This document shows positions 16,829-24,319 of a stretch of 40,131 nucleotides of DNA, piece by piece. The stretch comes from a virus. Position numbers and translations under genes: made by a program. A model generated the notes under the pieces. That model was not told the origin of the DNA and did no database searches. It saw only the letters and a program-made list of their open reading frames with translations. The DNA lies in IMG/VR virus record IMGVR_UViG_3300045391_003787, positions 1 through 40,131 of that record, one strand, 5' to 3'. Each line of letters starts with the position of its first letter. Position 1 is the stretch's first letter.

Positions 16829-17034
16829 CAGACAGGGTCTCCGTTGTCCTTGCACTCCAGCACGATGGCGAAGTAGAAGTTGGTGTCATCCTTCTTCCAC
16901 TGGACCCCGTGAACGGTGAAGTCCGTGCAGTCCTTCATGGTGGTGATCGGCACCTCCGTCAGGACAGCCGCCGGGTGAGACGTTGGAGTGGGCACCGCTA
17001 CCAGAGCAGCGGCAATGGCGATTGATTTCATCAT
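16828..17034 (-). CDS. Small secreted protein with signal peptide (68 aa)
   Basis: MMKSIAIAAALVAVPTPTS... has a hydrophobic N-terminal leader. GGAGGTAAGTC lies directly upstream of the ATG. Confidence 0.55.
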   Translation of the reverse strand: MMKSIAIAAALVAVPTPTSHPAAVLTEVPITTMKDCTDFTVHGVQWKKDDTNFYFAIVLECKDNGDPV

Positions 17035-17037
17035 GAC

Positions 17038-17112
17038 TTACCTCCAGCCGATCAATTCGCAGAAAAAGTTGAGCCACTTGGCGATTGCCAGTTCCACTTC
17101 CCAGCGGTTCAT
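17038..17112 (-). CDS. Possible 24-aa peptide
   Basis: MNRWEVELAIAKWLNFFCELIGWR. It has an ATGA overlap with the upstream stop, and its 3' end carries the SD of the next gene. Confidence 0.3.
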   Translation of the reverse strand: MNRWEVELAIAKWLNFFCELIGWR

Positions 17113-17258
17113 TTGTCTGTTTCCTCGACTTGCTTTGAAGACATCGAGATGACGTAGAGCATCACGACACCGATCAAGAACAAGATCGAGACTGTTTCCG
17201 CCGGAAAGAAGTACAGGCCACCGCCGACGAATACGACACCAGCGATTCTCTTTTTCAT
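17109..17258 (-). CDS. Small membrane protein (49 aa)
   Basis: MKKRIAGVVFVGGGLYFFPAETVSILFLIGVVMLYVI..., hand-translated as 50 codons, with a TGATG overlap with the upstream gene. Confidence 0.5.
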   Translation of the reverse strand: MKKRIAGVVFVGGGLYFFPAETVSILFLIGVVMLYVISMSSKQVEETDK

Positions 17259-17431
17259 CAGCAACTCCCGACAGTATCCCAGTCGGTCACTGTCATAGCG
17301 ACGATCACGCCGCTAGTATGCCCATCATCATCTTCCGTGTATTCGATTGTACCGAGCGCATGGAAGGTGAGAGCGGGGTTGAAGTCTGGATGGTATGTAA
17401 ACTCCACATTCTCGACCTGCCATGTTTTCAC
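17258..17431 (-). CDS. Small acidic soluble protein (57 aa)
   Basis: GTG start overlapping the upstream TGA (GTGA). The translation is VKTWQVENVEFTYHPDFNPALTFHALGTIEYTEDDDGHTSG... Confidence 0.45.
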   Translation of the reverse strand: MKTWQVENVEFTYHPDFNPALTFHALGTIEYTEDDDGHTSGVIVAMTVTDWDTVGSC

Positions 17432-17565
17432 GGCCGTTCTCCAAACAGCTTACCCAAGATCTGACAGGCTATAAACCCGAAGATCGCCAGGAAAACTGAT
17501 AAGAAGAACAACAGTATGAATGGAGAGGCGAGAATGAGATGAGTGTAACACTTAAGTTTGTGCAT
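17428..17565 (-). CDS. Small membrane protein (45 aa), first gene of the island
   Basis: GAGGAGG lies 8 nt upstream of the ATG. The translation is MHKLKCYTHLILASPFILLFFLSVFLAIFGFIACQILGKLF... Confidence 0.5.
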   Translation of the reverse strand: MHKLKCYTHLILASPFILLFFLSVFLAIFGFIACQILGKLFGERP

Positions 17566-17592
17566 CTCCCTAACCTCCTCATATTAATTATA

Positions 17593-17979
17593 CTACAGGG
17601 CCAGGTACTTTTCTTTATAAAGGTCAATCCTTTTCCGCAAATCTAAGGCAGAATATTTAACCAGCCGGTACTTTTCCTTGTTTAGAGTCTCTAATATTCG
17701 AGCACCGTATTGTTGTTTTAATTTAATAGAATATTCATCCATGTTTCCTTTTTTAAAAACATTACATCCTACGCATTGAACATGGACATTGCGCTCATCC
17801 CATCTAAGTGATAACCAATTACGAGGGACGTAATGACCTGCCTGCATTTCCTTCCAATTGGCTCGCTTCCCACAGGTATAACAAGTACAAATCAGATCCT
17901 TGGAATTCTTGAGTCGGATGTACTCCGAAAAGATCTTATCTAGTTCTCGTTTAAGTTGGGCGTAGGTTTTCTTTTTCAT
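17593..17979 (-). CDS. ninG: NinG-like recombination protein
   Basis: The pattern LDKIFSEYIRL...CYTCGK...GHYVPR...RWDERNVHVQCVGCN matches my recollection of the lambda NinG family. I place the start at ATG 17979; the track opens at TTG 17985. Confidence 0.6.
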   Translation of the reverse strand: MKKKTYAQLKRELDKIFSEYIRLKNSKDLICTCYTCGKRANWKEMQAGHYVPRNWLSLRWDERNVHVQCVGCNVFKKGNMDEYSIKLKQQYGARILETLNKEKYRLVKYSALDLRKRIDLYKEKYLAL

Positions 17980-18149
17980 TGGCAATGAGAACAGAGTCCT
18001 TTTATATTAGCAAAAATCATCACATGACAAACACAACTGCAAATAGAGGGGATGGGGATTTCAAAAGTGAAAGTCTGTTCTTCAACCATGGGTATTTCTA
18101 CGCCACAGTCTTCGCAGTGGACCTTCTCGTTGCATTTATCGCACAGCAT
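17976..18149 (-). CDS. Cys-rich zinc-finger miniprotein (57 aa)
   Basis: Hand-translated as MLCDKCNEKVHCEDCGVEIP...CSCVCH...LCSHCQ, with an ATGA overlap with the ninG start. Confidence 0.5.
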   Translation of the reverse strand: MLCDKCNEKVHCEDCGVEIPMVEEQTFTFEIPIPSICSCVCHVMIFANIKGLCSHCQ

Positions 18150-18408
18150 CGATTAATTTGCTTAAAACTTCTCTGGCTTTAGTACCGTCTAGGTTATCTA
18201 GATGGGCGATGGCTTCTTGTATCTTAACACGAACAGCCTTCACATAGTGCCAGCTGTCAACTATCTCCTCTTCGATTGCTCCGATAAGATTAGGGCAGTC
18301 TAAAATACTACCGCCGCCGTGTTCATTGCGGCCTTGGTCGAACTTAATCGGAGCACGGTTGGCGAAATCGTCCGCCGCTCCATCTCTAAACTCTTCGGGA
18401 GTGATCAT
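18136..18408 (-). CDS. Hypothetical protein (90 aa)
   Basis: ORF within the tightly overlapped minus-strand operon. No confident family assignment. Confidence 0.6.
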   Translation of the reverse strand: MITPEEFRDGAADDFANRAPIKFDQGRNEHGGGSILDCPNLIGAIEEEIVDSWHYVKAVRVKIQEAIAHLDNLDGTKAREVLSKLIDAVR

Positions 18409-18644
18409 ACGTCTTTTATCTTTCTTATTTTAATAAGCCAATGACGAGGTATGACGGTGATATCTCCTTGTTCTTGATCGTCAGTGATATCAGAGACTAC
18501 GATAACACAGTCTTTATCCTTATAAATCTTTATACCTAGGGTCTTTCTTTTAGAGAGGTGCCTTTTGTAAGGTGGTTTTAAAAACTTAGACAACTCTATA
18601 TTGGAGTGTCCGGTAGCGTCTAACCATGAGACTTCGTAAATCAT
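18405..18644 (-). CDS. Hypothetical protein (79 aa)
   Basis: ORF with 4-nt overlaps on both sides. Confidence 0.6.
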   Translation of the reverse strand: MIYEVSWLDATGHSNIELSKFLKPPYKRHLSKRKTLGIKIYKDKDCVIVVSDITDDQEQGDITVIPRHWLIKIRKIKDV

Positions 18645-19528
18645 ATCGTAGCGTTGATTTTGACGCTAGCATATCCGTGCCAGTTTATATTGGGCTTTGC
18701 GTTAATAGTTGGACTACCCAGGGCCACTGGGACCATCGCCCCTTTTTCAACATATCCCCCTTGAAATCTACCGTCTCGTTTTGAATTTTGCATATAGCCT
18801 TTGAGATAAGACCCCGTAGAGACTAGTGTTATTTCTCTGTCCCTAAGAAATGGTTCTTTACCATGTTCTCCAAATACGGCTTCTACTCTGTTTAATTTTT
18901 TACTCGCTAGTGTATGCGTGTGGGCCATAAGCATCAGGTCGGCGTTAAATGAAGGGCTTAAGTTTATTAATTTACGGATTGGGTCAGAGGCGCTTGAGCC
19001 ATGGTGGCACCAGATTATAAAAGATGGGGTTTTGTGTTTACCTGTATTTTCAAATTCCACCTGAATCATGGCACATTCCCCAAGAAAAGGGGCTTTTAAA
19101 AAGGTGCAAAGTCTAGTGTCGGAAGTTCCTCCAGTTGAGAACTCCCAATAATGATGACCCTGTAGGAGCCCCAACCAGCGTCCACGAGTCGGTTCGAGTA
19201 TCTTTTGGATGAAAGCTAAATGGTCCTCAATTTTAGCCTCCAGAGCGTCATTAAACGAGTCATACTTAACCATAGCCTTATAGTTCTCTCGGTTAGAAGG
19301 ACTGGCTACATCTAAATAATCCCCCATGCCTATATAGTAAACATCGGGGGACTTACTGGTCTCTTTTATTAACTTGTCTAGATCTTCCCAGGCACTTCTG
19401 TTCGTTCCATCGTATTGTATGTCGCCTATCGGTATAATCGTTATTCCACGTTTAGGAAGATGTCTACGCCGGACAGTTTTCTGTGGTCTAAATTCGTCTT
19501 CCAAGTAAGGAAACGATTCTAATTGCAT
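18641..19528 (-). CDS. Calcineurin-like metallophosphoesterase
   Basis: Ordered motifs IPIGDIQYDG, GMGDYLDV, LLQGHHYWEF, WCHHGS and LMAHTHT match the metallophosphatase signature. Confidence 0.75.
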   Translation of the reverse strand: MQLESFPYLEDEFRPQKTVRRRHLPKRGITIIPIGDIQYDGTNRSAWEDLDKLIKETSKSPDVYYIGMGDYLDVASPSNRENYKAMVKYDSFNDALEAKIEDHLAFIQKILEPTRGRWLGLLQGHHYWEFSTGGTSDTRLCTFLKAPFLGECAMIQVEFENTGKHKTPSFIIWCHHGSSASDPIRKLINLSPSFNADLMLMAHTHTLASKKLNRVEAVFGEHGKEPFLRDREITLVSTGSYLKGYMQNSKRDGRFQGGYVEKGAMVPVALGSPTINAKPNINWHGYASVKINATI

Positions 19529-19551
19529 CAGGAAAATCCTTTCATATCTTT

Positions 19552-19560
19552 ATTATATCA
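19552..19560 (-). promoter_or_regulatory. Extended -10 promoter element (TGATATAAT on the minus strand)
   Basis: The reverse complement of attatatca is TGATATAAT. It lies in the 35-nt gap upstream of the phosphoesterase gene. Confidence 0.45.
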
Positions 19561-19563
19561 TAT

Positions 19564-19848
19564 TTAAAGCAAGTAAGCATTTGGCCTAGCTGGCGACAGC
19601 CCCAAAGACGGTTGTGAGTCTAGTATTAAAGGTTGCTCTGGAATGCGAGCAGCCAAGCCAAACACTTCAAATTTACCTTCGCCATGACTGATTAACTTCC
19701 CTGCTTTGCGAAGTTCTCTACATCGTTTAGAGGTCTCAGATCCAAACATCTGACCAAGGTACAGTTTACCCCCCATTTTAGCTGGGGTTATAGACCCGTT
19801 AGCTTCAACGTAGTGGATGATAAGTTCTTTTTGGGTTAGGTCTTTCAT
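19564..19848 (-). CDS. Hypothetical protein (94 aa), possibly a winged-helix DNA-binding protein
   Basis: ORF in the operon. The helix-turn-helix-like character is only a weak impression. Confidence 0.55.
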   Translation of the reverse strand: MKDLTQKELIIHYVEANGSITPAKMGGKLYLGQMFGSETSKRCRELRKAGKLISHGEGKFEVFGLAARIPEQPLILDSQPSLGLSPARPNAYLL

Positions 19849-20204
19849 AATCCTTTAATATTAGTTAAAAGATTATCAAGGTCTATCAAACACCCATCAA
19901 CATCAGCTTCGTGTCCATTAATGGCACTCCCCTCCCTTTCGTGTTTAATAGCAAGTTTTAATCCAAAAAGAATAAAATCTAAATCGGCTTTAATCGGTTC
20001 CAAAGTCTCTGTTCTGACTTGTTGTTCTAGGAGGGAAATGGCTTGAGTTAGGAAAATAACTTTTATAGTTTGGGCAAATGCTCTTATGTTATTTTTAATA
20101 ACTTCTTTTTCTTCTTGGGTTATATCAAAAGTCCAAACAAGCGTAGCTATGTAAGTTTCGGTCTTATCATCAAATTCTTTTAATATTTCTTCAGTGGTTG
20201 TCAT
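19845..20204 (-). CDS. Hypothetical protein (119 aa)
   Basis: ORF with a 4-nt overlap downstream. Confidence 0.6.
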   Translation of the reverse strand: MTTTEEILKEFDDKTETYIATLVWTFDITQEEKEVIKNNIRAFAQTIKVIFLTQAISLLEQQVRTETLEPIKADLDFILFGLKLAIKHEREGSAINGHEADVDGCLIDLDNLLTNIKGL

Positions 20205-20217
20205 ATCAGTCTTGCTT

Positions 20218-20391
20218 TTAGTCCTGTTTATACAGTGTTTGCCGAAAGACCCTACCTAATTCACCCCGTTTATTTTTTGCGGTGCCTGGCACCATTTTAG
20301 TAATCCACTTCTTAAAAAATCTAAATTCCTTATCTGACATTTCTTCGTGTTCGTAGATAGTAAGACGTGCTCGTATTTGTGGTTTTTTCAT
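20218..20391 (-). CDS. Small basic hypothetical protein (57 aa)
   Basis: Hand-translated codon by codon as MKKPQIRARLTIYEHEEMSDKEFRFFKKW.... It fills an otherwise empty gap. Confidence 0.4.
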   Translation of the reverse strand: MKKPQIRARLTIYEHEEMSDKEFRFFKKWITKMVPGTAKNKRGELGRVFRQTLYKQD

Positions 20392-20440
20392 ATAAACTCT
20401 GATTAAGTTAAATTAAATTCTTTCAAAATGTTTTCTTTGG

Positions 20441-20992
20441 TCATATTAGTTCAATGTCATTATTTACTTCATTACCCCATACGTCCCAACCGTCTCTTTT
20501 CAATCTCGCATAAAGTTCTAGCTTGTCCGTGTTAGGATAAAGACTTTCAATTATTTGGTATGCAATTTCTGGCTTTTGGCTGTGTTTCTTAACTTGTTCT
20601 GTAAATACTGAGTGGATTTTCCCTCTTTGCTCTAAAGCTACAGGCAATAATTTATTACGGTACATATATAACAAGTATTCGTGTCCAAATCTTATTGTAA
20701 AAGCGGCTGGTATGCCAGTAACTTTATTCCAAACCATTCTAGCGTGGAGTTTATAACCCAATTTTTTTGCTATTTGCTCTGCTTCAAATAAGTATTTATC
20801 AATAGTCCACAAAAATAAAACGCAGTTTTCTTGTGCTAACAATGTTGCAGAATATAAGTGTTCTTCAATTTCTTCTAGGGATATAGTTTGGTAGTCTAAA
20901 TCAGTGCCAGAGCTATTTGGTCGTACATTCTTTTTACCACCTTTTCTTATTTGCCACGGTGGGTCAGCATAAATTACCTGGTACTTTCTCAT
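20441..20992 (-). CDS. MT-A70 family N6-adenine DNA methyltransferase
   Basis: Catalytic motif YADPPWQ near the N-terminus, with size and layout typical of phage MT-A70 enzymes. Confidence 0.8.
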   Translation of the reverse strand: MRKYQVIYADPPWQIRKGGKKNVRPNSSGTDLDYQTISLEEIEEHLYSATLLAQENCVLFLWTIDKYLFEAEQIAKKLGYKLHARMVWNKVTGIPAAFTIRFGHEYLLYMYRNKLLPVALEQRGKIHSVFTEQVKKHSQKPEIAYQIIESLYPNTDKLELYARLKRDGWDVWGNEVNNDIELI

Positions 20993-21291
20993 ATTTCCTC
21001 TTTAATAGCTGAGATAAGGTCAGCGAGTGCTTTGTTGTAGCCGCTGTCTTGGGCTGTTTCCATTGGATTGTGGCGATAAATAGTTTTCTTGAGTTTGCTA
21101 ATGATTTCTAATATCCTCTCCCTCTCTTCTTTAACCCCTTTCTCATAAGCAGATTGATGGACTTGGGAGATGAACTCAATAACATCTTCAACCCACAACC
21201 CTCTTAATGGTCGCCATTCATCACCGTGGTCGTTAACAAACTTATGTATAAACTCTTTTTCCCAATCAGGGATTTCTTTAGTGTTATTCAT
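20989..21291 (-). CDS. Hypothetical protein (100 aa)
   Basis: ORF with a 4-nt overlap with the methyltransferase gene. Confidence 0.6.
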   Translation of the reverse strand: MNNTKEIPDWEKEFIHKFVNDHGDEWRPLRGLWVEDVIEFISQVHQSAYEKGVKEERERILEIISKLKKTIYRHNPMETAQDSGYNKALADLISAIKEEI

Positions 21292-21296
21292 ATTAT

Positions 21297-21518
21297 TTAT
21301 CTTCTAAACCAATCTAGGATACTTCTTCCAGGCACAGTTTTTAAGTTGCGATGGTTATAAAATTGCTTTTCTTCTTTTATTCTTTCTTCACAATTACATT
21401 CGATTTTAGTCAAATGATTTCTTTGTTCGCATTCTTTATCGTGGTAACCAGTAGTTTTTGTCATATTATCTAGGTTGATAGCTCTCGCACGATTTATTAG
21501 GTAAGACTTGTTTAGCAA
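21297..21518 (-). CDS. Hypothetical protein (73 aa)
   Basis: ORF in the operon. Confidence 0.5.
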   Translation of the reverse strand: MLNKSYLINRARAINLDNMTKTTGYHDKECEQRNHLTKIECNCEERIKEEKQFYNHRNLKTVPGRSILDWFRR

Positions 21519-21577
21519 ACACTTTAGCCCAGCAACTACGGCATCTCTTACTTCCTTTGTAGATTGGTTTGTGGCAA

Positions 21578-22009
21578 TCAGAGCAATTCTGGGTTTTCAT
21601 AGATGTTACCGATTACATCAAGTTCTGCTCCTTCATCATTGAGTTTATCAAATGACCAAAATCCTTTGCTAAATATACAATGGTAACTTCCGTCAGATTC
21701 TACTCCAAAACAACCATCCTTAAATATAACTGGAAGTAGGTGGGCAAATTCTTCTATTGGACCTTGGCCCTCATCTGTTATTGGTACTATTTCTTGGTCC
21801 ATCAGCGTGATGATATCCCCCTCATAAATCTCTTTACCATTCTTATCTTTGAGGCCAGTGTATTGCATCGGTTCGCTAATAACTCCGTGCGGTTTATCTC
21901 TTTCTGGTTGGAGCACTGCCCAACCATCTTTAATCTCAATAAGTTCAAGTGTTGGTTGAAGCATTCTTTTATTAGTCTTGTCGTAAACTCTAAATTTAAT
22001 TTCACGCAT
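21578..22009 (-). CDS. YopX-family protein
   Basis: MREIKFRVYDK...YTGLKDKNGKEIYEGDII...VIGNIYENPELL is the characteristic YopX pattern. Confidence 0.75.
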   Translation of the reverse strand: MREIKFRVYDKTNKRMLQPTLELIEIKDGWAVLQPERDKPHGVISEPMQYTGLKDKNGKEIYEGDIITLMDQEIVPITDEGQGPIEEFAHLLPVIFKDGCFGVESDGSYHCIFSKGFWSFDKLNDEGAELDVIGNIYENPELL

Positions 22010-22015
22010 ATTATT

Positions 22016-22435
22016 CTAAGATAGTTTAATTTTCCCCGAGTGTACTAACCTATGGTGACTTCTACAAAGCCAGGTAATAAACAGCGGTTTTGAGTAATCT
22101 GTGTGGTGGGCGTGTACTTCTTTTATCCCACAAATAATGCAGGGATTTGGGAACAGTTTGTTTGCTTTTTTGGCGTATTTTACTTTATCGTGTGACCTGA
22201 CAGCGAGTTTATTTTTTTCTTTCCAGCTATTAACACGTTGTAAGCACAATTCTTTATTTTGTTCTCGCCAGTTACGAGCGTACTCGACTTGGTAGTCTCT
22301 GTATTTATGGCTATTTTTTGCTACCGCTATATTGTGACAAGTTTTGCATTTTGCAAATAATCCATATTTACCACGTTTGTCCTTATAAAATTCACTATTC
22401 GCCTTTTCTTTTTTACAATTAGTACAGGTTTTCAT
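22016..22435 (-). CDS. HNH endonuclease-like zinc-finger protein
   Basis: N-terminal CxxC...CxxC, and C-terminal CIICG..EVHAHHTDYSKPL..TWLCRSHHRLVH. Confidence 0.65.
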   Translation of the reverse strand: MKTCTNCKKEKANSEFYKDKRGKYGLFAKCKTCHNIAVAKNSHKYRDYQVEYARNWREQNKELCLQRVNSWKEKNKLAVRSHDKVKYAKKANKLFPNPCIICGIKEVHAHHTDYSKPLFITWLCRSHHRLVHSGKIKLS

Positions 22436-22899
22436 TCCAGTATTGTTACTGGTAACACCTTCACACCCCAGGCTAAGGCTTCTCTATAATCTCGTTCAGT
22501 GTATCCCGCAAAGATATCAAAGCGACCGTCGTACCTAATGGCAGTGAAATCGTCGCAAGTGAATAAAATCCCTTCGATTTGGACTTTCGTACCTTTTTTA
22601 ATCCGTCTTGGACAAGCAATACTTCTGCCGACAATAGGGTTACTCCCCGTGGCGTTAATACAATGTTGTGGGCACGTTTCAATGGCGGTGTATTTTGTAA
22701 CTTCGGCATATATTACTTTAGGTTCATTATCACAGACAACATCTGTGAGACCACACGGGTCATTTACTTTTCCTACTCGTCCTTCTGGGTAATAAGGTTT
22801 AGTATCTACTCTCTGTACTGCGAAGCCGAGGATAGCTAGAGCAATACAGATACAGACGGTAAGGAATATTAGTATTTCTATGTTTGTTTTAGATTTCAT
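22432..22899 (-). CDS. Membrane-anchored 3D-domain (MltA/RlpA-like) cell-wall protein
   Basis: N-terminal TM segment (ILIFLTVCICIALAILGFAV), and a C-terminal pattern resembling a 3D domain (GRSIACP..IKKGTKVQIEG..FTCDDFT...RFDIF). Confidence 0.55.
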   Translation of the reverse strand: MKSKTNIEILIFLTVCICIALAILGFAVQRVDTKPYYPEGRVGKVNDPCGLTDVVCDNEPKVIYAEVTKYTAIETCPQHCINATGSNPIVGRSIACPRRIKKGTKVQIEGILFTCDDFTAIRYDGRFDIFAGYTERDYREALAWGVKVLPVTILE

Positions 22900-22977
22900 A
22901 TCTAAGGTTTAAGAGTAAAGTGCGCCACAATCAATCCTAAGACTAAACCAACTATTAACTGAGTGAATATATCCATA

Positions 22978-23421
22978 CTATCTCTTACTCTTCATGTTGC
23001 AGTCGTAGCACTTCTTGTAATTACCTTTAAACCACTGAGCCTTGCCACAACTTTCACACTTACGATAAGTCATCTCATCTCCTGTTTTACCAGTAAAGTG
23101 GTCGCCAATCTTAGGTTCTCTCTTATTTCCGTTGTAAGGCTTCTTGTGGTTGTCGATGTATTCAAGTTCTTCTTCACTGCCAAAGTCTACACCTTTCATT
23201 TCATCTTCTTCTAAAGATTCAGCTAACTCAACAATCTCTGGAGATACTTCATCGGTGGAGTATTTAATAAATAAGTCATCAACTATCTTGTTGCTTATTT
23301 CAACGAATCTTTGCAGGTTAGCAGGAGTTGCTTCTAAGGGATTGAAGCCAGCTTCACCAATTAACGTCCTAAATATACTCAAGAAACTGATTCGTTTATC
23401 TTTATTGTTCCAGTTGGTCAT
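22978..23421 (-). CDS. Hypothetical acidic protein with C-terminal Cys4 zinc ribbon (147 aa)
   Basis: ORF ending with CESCGK...CYDC. Confidence 0.6.
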   Translation of the reverse strand: MTNWNNKDKRISFLSIFRTLIGEAGFNPLEATPANLQRFVEISNKIVDDLFIKYSTDEVSPEIVELAESLEEDEMKGVDFGSEEELEYIDNHKKPYNGNKREPKIGDHFTGKTGDEMTYRKCESCGKAQWFKGNYKKCYDCNMKSKR

Positions 23422-23648
23422 AAATGTTTATTCTTAAAGCAAGTGTCGCAGTACTGCATGAAAGCATTAGGCATTTCTTCCAATCCACAACCCTTGCAAG
23501 GATTAATTAATTCTTCCCATCTAACTTCTATTCCCTCTATTTGGTTAGCGTGCTCTTGAAGCCACTTGAGATCGACTTTATCGACTACCATTTGTTGGAT
23601 AGTGCCGTTGTCTCTGCGATAATCGGCGTAGTATTTTTTAACTTTCAT
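23418..23648 (-). CDS. Hypothetical protein with a Cys cluster (76 aa)
   Basis: ORF with a 4-nt overlap. The C-terminus reads CKGCG...YCDTC. Confidence 0.55.
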   Translation of the reverse strand: MKVKKYYADYRRDNGTIQQMVVDKVDLKWLQEHANQIEGIEVRWEELINPCKGCGLEEMPNAFMQYCDTCFKNKHL

Positions 23649-23649
23649 A

Positions 23650-23895
23650 TTAGTTCTGATGTCTTATTTTGTCTTCTCTAAATAACTTAGCTTCTTGAAT
23701 ACTCATCTCTTGGTTCTCCTCTAAGTAGTTGAAAGTAATGTCTATATGATTGTGGATTCTTTTAACTAGGTCAGCGAACTTATCGGGAGTTTTAGCGAAG
23801 TAAGCTAATTTGTTTATATCCCCGTAGATAGTATGAAGTAACTCTACTTCTTGATCTACGTCGGTGTATTCGAATAGGTCTTTAATAAATGACAT
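23650..23895 (-). CDS. Hypothetical protein (81 aa)
   Basis: I place the start at MSFIKDL (23895), 1 nt after the upstream stop. The track ORF extends to 23949. Confidence 0.5.
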   Translation of the reverse strand: MSFIKDLFEYTDVDQEVELLHTIYGDINKLAYFAKTPDKFADLVKRIHNHIDITFNYLEENQEMSIQEAKLFREDKIRHQN

Positions 23896-23896
23896 A

Positions 23897-24022
23897 TTAT
23901 TTTTGTCTTGGTTTATCCCAATAGGGTGAGCGGCAATTCTTAGCACCACATCTCAGTGGTTTGCCTAAACGTGAGGGCCACTCATAGCCGCAACGTAGGC
24001 ATTTATATATCTTTAGTTTCAT
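23897..24022 (-). CDS. Zinc-ribbon miniprotein (41 aa)
   Basis: MKLKIYKCLRCGYEW...LRCGAKNCRSPYW. The start forms an ATGA overlap with the upstream ORF. Confidence 0.45.
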   Translation of the reverse strand: MKLKIYKCLRCGYEWPSRLGKPLRCGAKNCRSPYWDKPRQK

Positions 24023-24159
24023 AATCCAAAAATTGTTTTTATTATTATCCAAACAGATATTATTAGTCCTACAAGACAGGTGAGAAACATCGTACCGAAA
24101 ATCAGAAAGAATCCTATTGGACTTAATGCGTCTACTTGTTCGTCCCAATTATCCTTCAT
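24019..24159 (-). CDS. Small membrane protein (46 aa)
   Basis: Hand-translated as MKDNWDEQVDALSPIGFFLIFGTMFLTCLVGLIISVWIIIKTIFGL. Confidence 0.4.
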   Translation of the reverse strand: MKDNWDEQVDALSPIGFFLIFGTMFLTCLVGLIISVWIIIKTIFGL

Positions 24160-24160
24160 A

Positions 24161-24319
24161 TTATCTAGTGACTTTGCCTCTCGTGGGCATCCAGACGTGA
24201 CCGTGCTTTAATTCTTTGCATTCTCTGTCGGCGCATAAAGCTCCGTTAGCTCTAGCTCTTTCCCAAATCTTATCCATACGGTCATTGTATCTTTGGGCTC
24301 CGCTCTTAAAGTTTGACAT
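24161..24319 (-). CDS. Small hypothetical protein (52 aa), first gene of the minus-strand module
   Basis: Hand-translated as MSNFKSGAQRYNDRMDKIWERARANGALCADRECKELKHGHVW... Confidence 0.4.
   Translation of the reverse strand: MSNFKSGAQRYNDRMDKIWERARANGALCADRECKELKHGHVWMPTRGKVTR

Larger units (their letters stand above)
16380..17575 (-). other. Compositionally distinct GC-rich island holding a seven-gene micro-operon
   Basis: Hand counts of 100-nt blocks give about 46-57% GC here, against roughly 40% in the flanking blocks. The genes are linked by ATGA/TGATG/GTGA overlaps. Confidence 0.65.

Noticed and set aside
16434-17077. Several overlapping 60-110-aa ORFs on both strands in the GC-rich island (16434..16628 +, 16619..16876 +, 16665..16889 -, 16886..17077 -, and the long form of 16441..16779 -)
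   Set aside because: High GC content produces open frames by chance. Only the minus-strand chain with SD sites and ATGA/TGATG/GTGA coupling gives a consistent, non-redundant gene set.
17979-18182. 67-aa plus-strand ORF between ninG and the 90-aa gene
   Set aside because: It lies opposite a well-formed minus-strand Cys-rich ORF (17976..18149) that is translationally coupled to its neighbours. The plus-strand product has no start context.
22902-22976. 24-aa hydrophobic ORF (MDIFTQLIVGLVLGLIVAHFTLKP) between the 3D-domain gene and the 147-aa gene
   Set aside because: It is too short and has no coupling or RBS evidence strong enough to support a call.
21740-23437. Plus-strand ORFs opposite the minus-strand early genes (21740..22024, 22101..22295, 22499..22792, 22579..22839, 22963..23214, 23144..23437)
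   Set aside because: They are antisense to longer ORFs with recognisable motifs (YopX, HNH, 3D) in an AT-rich region, and their translations are hydrophobic and low-complexity.
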